From Octopus bimaculoides (taxonomy: Eukaryota): a stretch of DNA of 58,168 bases. The notes beneath the pieces are model-generated. The model did not search any database. It saw nothing but the letters and a program-made list of their open reading frames with translations, and was not told the origin of the DNA. The DNA is taken from contig NC_068994.1 of assembly GCF_001194135.2 (NCBI RefSeq), positions 52,506,222-52,564,389 of the forward strand. Reading direction: 5' to 3'. Numbering within the stretch: the stretch's first letter is position 1; the number at the start of each line of letters is the position of its first letter. Below, piece after piece: positions 54,930-58,168 of this stretch. A program made the position numbers and the translations under genes.

Positions 54930-55607
54930 TATACATATATAAATTGCTTTTTATTTTCATGTTTATTGTAGTGCCATTTTTCCATTTGGTTGTTTCAAAT
55001 GTTATTTCCATATGTATTTAATGAGCCATTAATTTCCTAATAGGGAGAGTCAGAGGGCTGTGATTTCATAAGTAACATTGTAATTACGTACGGAAAAACA
55101 TTAAGAGACGCCGTAGGAGAGTAATCATGGAATTCACCATTGGAAATACATTTCCTGTACATTTCCGACACTTTGATCAATTTAGGATAACATTTTTCAT
55201 AATAATTGGAACAAAATATAGAATGGCATTCCCCTCATTTGTTAAAATAGTCAGTAATTGGCGGCATTTCCAATAGTGATAAAAATAAATAAATATACAT
55301 AACACAATAGGAAAAATACAGAAACAGTCATATGCGATTACTCACACGTAACCAATTTTATTCGTACATATTAGCACCTAATAAATAAATAAATAAATAA
55401 ATAAAGATACCTGAATGTATTTAGAACATAAACAGGCCGACGAACATATACAAAGAGACGATTAATGGCGGGTTAAGAATGGCGATTGCTACGAAGTATT
55501 TACGCAACTTGGAAGCCGATTCAGACGAAGGCCCAATGTTTAAAAAAAGTGTGTGAAGTACTTATTTTCGTTTGGCATTTTTACAATCAACAAAAGAAAC
55601 ATAGTGC

Positions 55608-55727
55608 TCGACTTTGCCTTTCATCCTTTCGATATCGATAAATTAAGTACCAGTCGCGTACTGGTGTCGATCTGATCGACTGTCCACCTCTCCCAAAATT
55701 TCGGGCCTTGTGCTTAGAGTAGATAAG
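55608..55727 (+). mobile_element. 5'-truncated SINE family A
   Basis: tcgactttgcctttcatcctttcg..aagtaccagt..cgggccttgtgcttagagtag. Confidence 0.88.
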
Positions 55728-55745
55728 ATTATTTCTTGTTTATAC

Positions 55746-55958
55746 AGGCAACGAGCTGGCAGACACGTTAGCACGCAGGGCGAAATGCTTAGCAGTATTT
55801 CGTCTGTCTCTACGTTCTGAGTTCAAATTCCGCCGAGGTCCGCTTTGCCTTTCATCATTTAGAGGTCGAAAAATTAAGTACCAGTTGCATACTGGTGTCG
55901 ATCTAATCGACTAGCCCCCTCACAAACCTTTCGGGCCTTGTGCCTAGCGTAGAAAAAA
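55746..55958 (+). mobile_element. Full-length SINE family A
   Basis: aggcaacgagctggcagacacgttagc (A-box region), gagttcaaattcc (B box), central domain, tail ccttgtgcctagcgtagaaaaaag. Confidence 0.92.
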
Positions 55959-56657
55959 GAATTCACGAGTAGGCTGTTCCGTTGATGGTAGCGTAACCGA
56001 CGCATCTCTCTTAGGCTTTAAAAGCAGAAATACCTTCGAATTATCTGACTCCTTAATTTGTAAACCAGGTATAAATTTTCTTCACTGAGATGTGCAAAAA
56101 TTCAGATCATTTGGTGAAATATGAGGTGGATTAAACGTATAAATATAACAGAATTCATACTTCTGCGTTTCACCCTTTACTCATGTATGACCGGTCTACA
56201 GCGTCAAGGACAAATGGATTGAGCGAGAATGATGGCAAAAGAAAGGGACAATTTATTTATGTGAGATGACCAGCGTTTTATTGTTGGAATTTCGTTGTGT
56301 GGATTCAAACAGTTAACGGCTTCGCGCAGGTATAGTTAAAGAATATGAGTTTAATTGTAAAGAAATAAGAACAAAGCAAAGACAAAAAAAGGAAACGAAC
56401 AAGCAAACAGACAAACGAAGTTTCATCAGTTCCATTTTTAAAATAATAGATAGAAAATCGATATCATAAGAGTGTCAGTTTCTCACAAAATGAAATTACA
56501 TACCACAGCATTGGAAAACTTCAGTTTGATACAAAATTTTCACATGAGAACTTGGGTTCTAAAACCGCTGAAAGACTAACACTAATGCAAGTCACTAGAG
56601 TTATATTTGCTTAGATTTATCTGGCCATCCACCTAGCAAGCTAGCTGGCTCTTTATA

Positions 56658-56724
<67 letters not shown>

Positions 56725-56948
56725 TCACACGTCCATCATTCTCGTTATGTGTGATTGCGTGTGTCTGATTTCCCTAGAAGAAATGCGGCTAAATTTCTTT
56801 CAATGAACTCAATCTCTATTTACATTGCAGTTCAGTATGATATCTAATTTAATTTTCTTTTCGCTGAAAGATCAACTACTTAAGAATGATCTATCGTTTC
56901 ATTGAGAAAAAATTATTCGTACTTAATTTACCTCTCAGGAAAAATGAA

Positions 56949-57045
<97 letters not shown>

Positions 57046-57331
57046 TATATATATATAAGTATATATATATATATGTTCTATATATATATAAAACATACAT
57101 ACACATGCATATACATATACATATATTTATTGACGAGTATATGTATGCATATTCATGTACATATATACACGCTCGCAAACAAATCCAGATGTACAATTAC
57201 AGAGGTGCACCGCATGTATACAAACATATAAGCATATATATATACACACAAAGAGCGATACGCCCGTACGCACAACGATTTAAATACTGAAATATAATGA
57301 ATATATACGTATGTGTATATACTTACATCCA

Positions 57332-57362
<31 letters not shown>

Positions 57363-57389
57363 GCATATGCACAAACAGATATGTACAGG

Positions 57390-58045
57390 GGTGACCTGTA
57401 ATTTGACTGCTGGTAATCTCACTCCCCGTATTTTGACTCCTGGAATTTGAACCCCGGTAATGTGGCTACCAGTCTATTTCCCTCCTGGTGATTTCACTCT
57501 AATTAGCAGAAAAAATATAAATCGTTGAATAAAGATAGAATAAAATTTACCGTAAAACATGAAAGTTTTACTAAGATCTTCAAGAATAATGAAGGTTATG
57601 AACTATTGCTCGTTAAAAATCCATCTTATTTTCGGGATTATATCGCTCAATAATTATCTCCAGCTGTTTTTTCTTTACACATCTTTATGCTTTTTTTTTT
57701 TCGTCTCGCAGACCTCACCACGATAAAATTCAACCTTTCTCAGTTGTGTCAAGTGTTCTTCCCTTTTCAATGCAGTAATTAATTTTCCATATAAAGAACG
57801 TAGTAGTGCATTGTGATATCCCTCTAAATGGTTGTTATTGCGAGGCATATCCGATTCTGTTCTAAAGCTGACATTCCAACAATCAATGAAAAACAAAGGA
57901 AAAGTACTTCGTTGTCTAATTCTTCTAGCCAGCACGCATTGTATGTATGATAATTCAAAGTAGGACACAAGTCCTTGGGGAAGATCGTCGTCGTCTACAT
58001 TGTAGTCTGCTGCCCTAACAACTGGGCCATTGCGCCTCCACTCGA
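57390..58045 (-). mobile_element. 3' end of a MULE (Mutator-like) DNA transposon: transposase C-terminus plus terminal repeat region
   Basis: DDDLPQGLVSYFELSYI..PLFFIDCWNVSFRTESDMPRNNNHLEGYHNAL..LITALKREE matches the MULE C-terminal pattern (WN..R..RTNN..EGWH, catalytic E). A frameshifted tail reads ..ERYNPENKMDF*RAIVHNL. A ~15-bp tandem array at 57398-57502 marks the terminus. Confidence 0.82.
57398..57502. repeat. Seven ~15-bp tandem units (consensus gtaatttgactcctg); probable subterminal array of the MULE TIR
   Basis: gtaatttgactgctg / gtaatctcactcccc / gtattttgactcctg / gaatttgaaccccg / gtaatgtggctacca / gtctatttccctcctg / gtgatttcactctaa. Confidence 0.75.
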
Positions 58046-58096
58046 CATGCATACATAATATATATAAAAATATATATATATATAACACGGTGGTGC

Positions 58097-58168
<72 letters not shown>

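Overview
This is AT-rich, microsatellite-saturated animal genomic DNA with nine N gaps, each abutting a (TA)n or (TATC)n tract. The repeat families are ones I associate with Octopus (recalled, not verified by search). I find no supportable intact host protein-coding exon; most ORFs in the supplied track are translations of simple repeats or N runs. The window is intronic or intergenic and is a graveyard of mobile elements. It holds many copies of at least three tRNA-derived SINE families, two decayed mariner transposons, the 3' end of an R4/Dong-like REL non-LTR retrotransposon, the 3' end of a MULE transposon, a ~550-bp element sitting inside (TAA)n, and Penelope-like element (PLE) termini. 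The most interesting signals are: (1) a cluster at 9.5-10.4 kb with a 432-bp foldback abutting a head-to-head pair of PLE ends, one of which carries an intact minimal hammerhead ribozyme; (2) a chimera joining the 5' head of the TAA-resident element to the R4/Dong 3' end; (3) a SINE trimer that looks self-nested; and (4) a second near-spacerless palindrome at 47 kb. Identities and counts are manual estimates.
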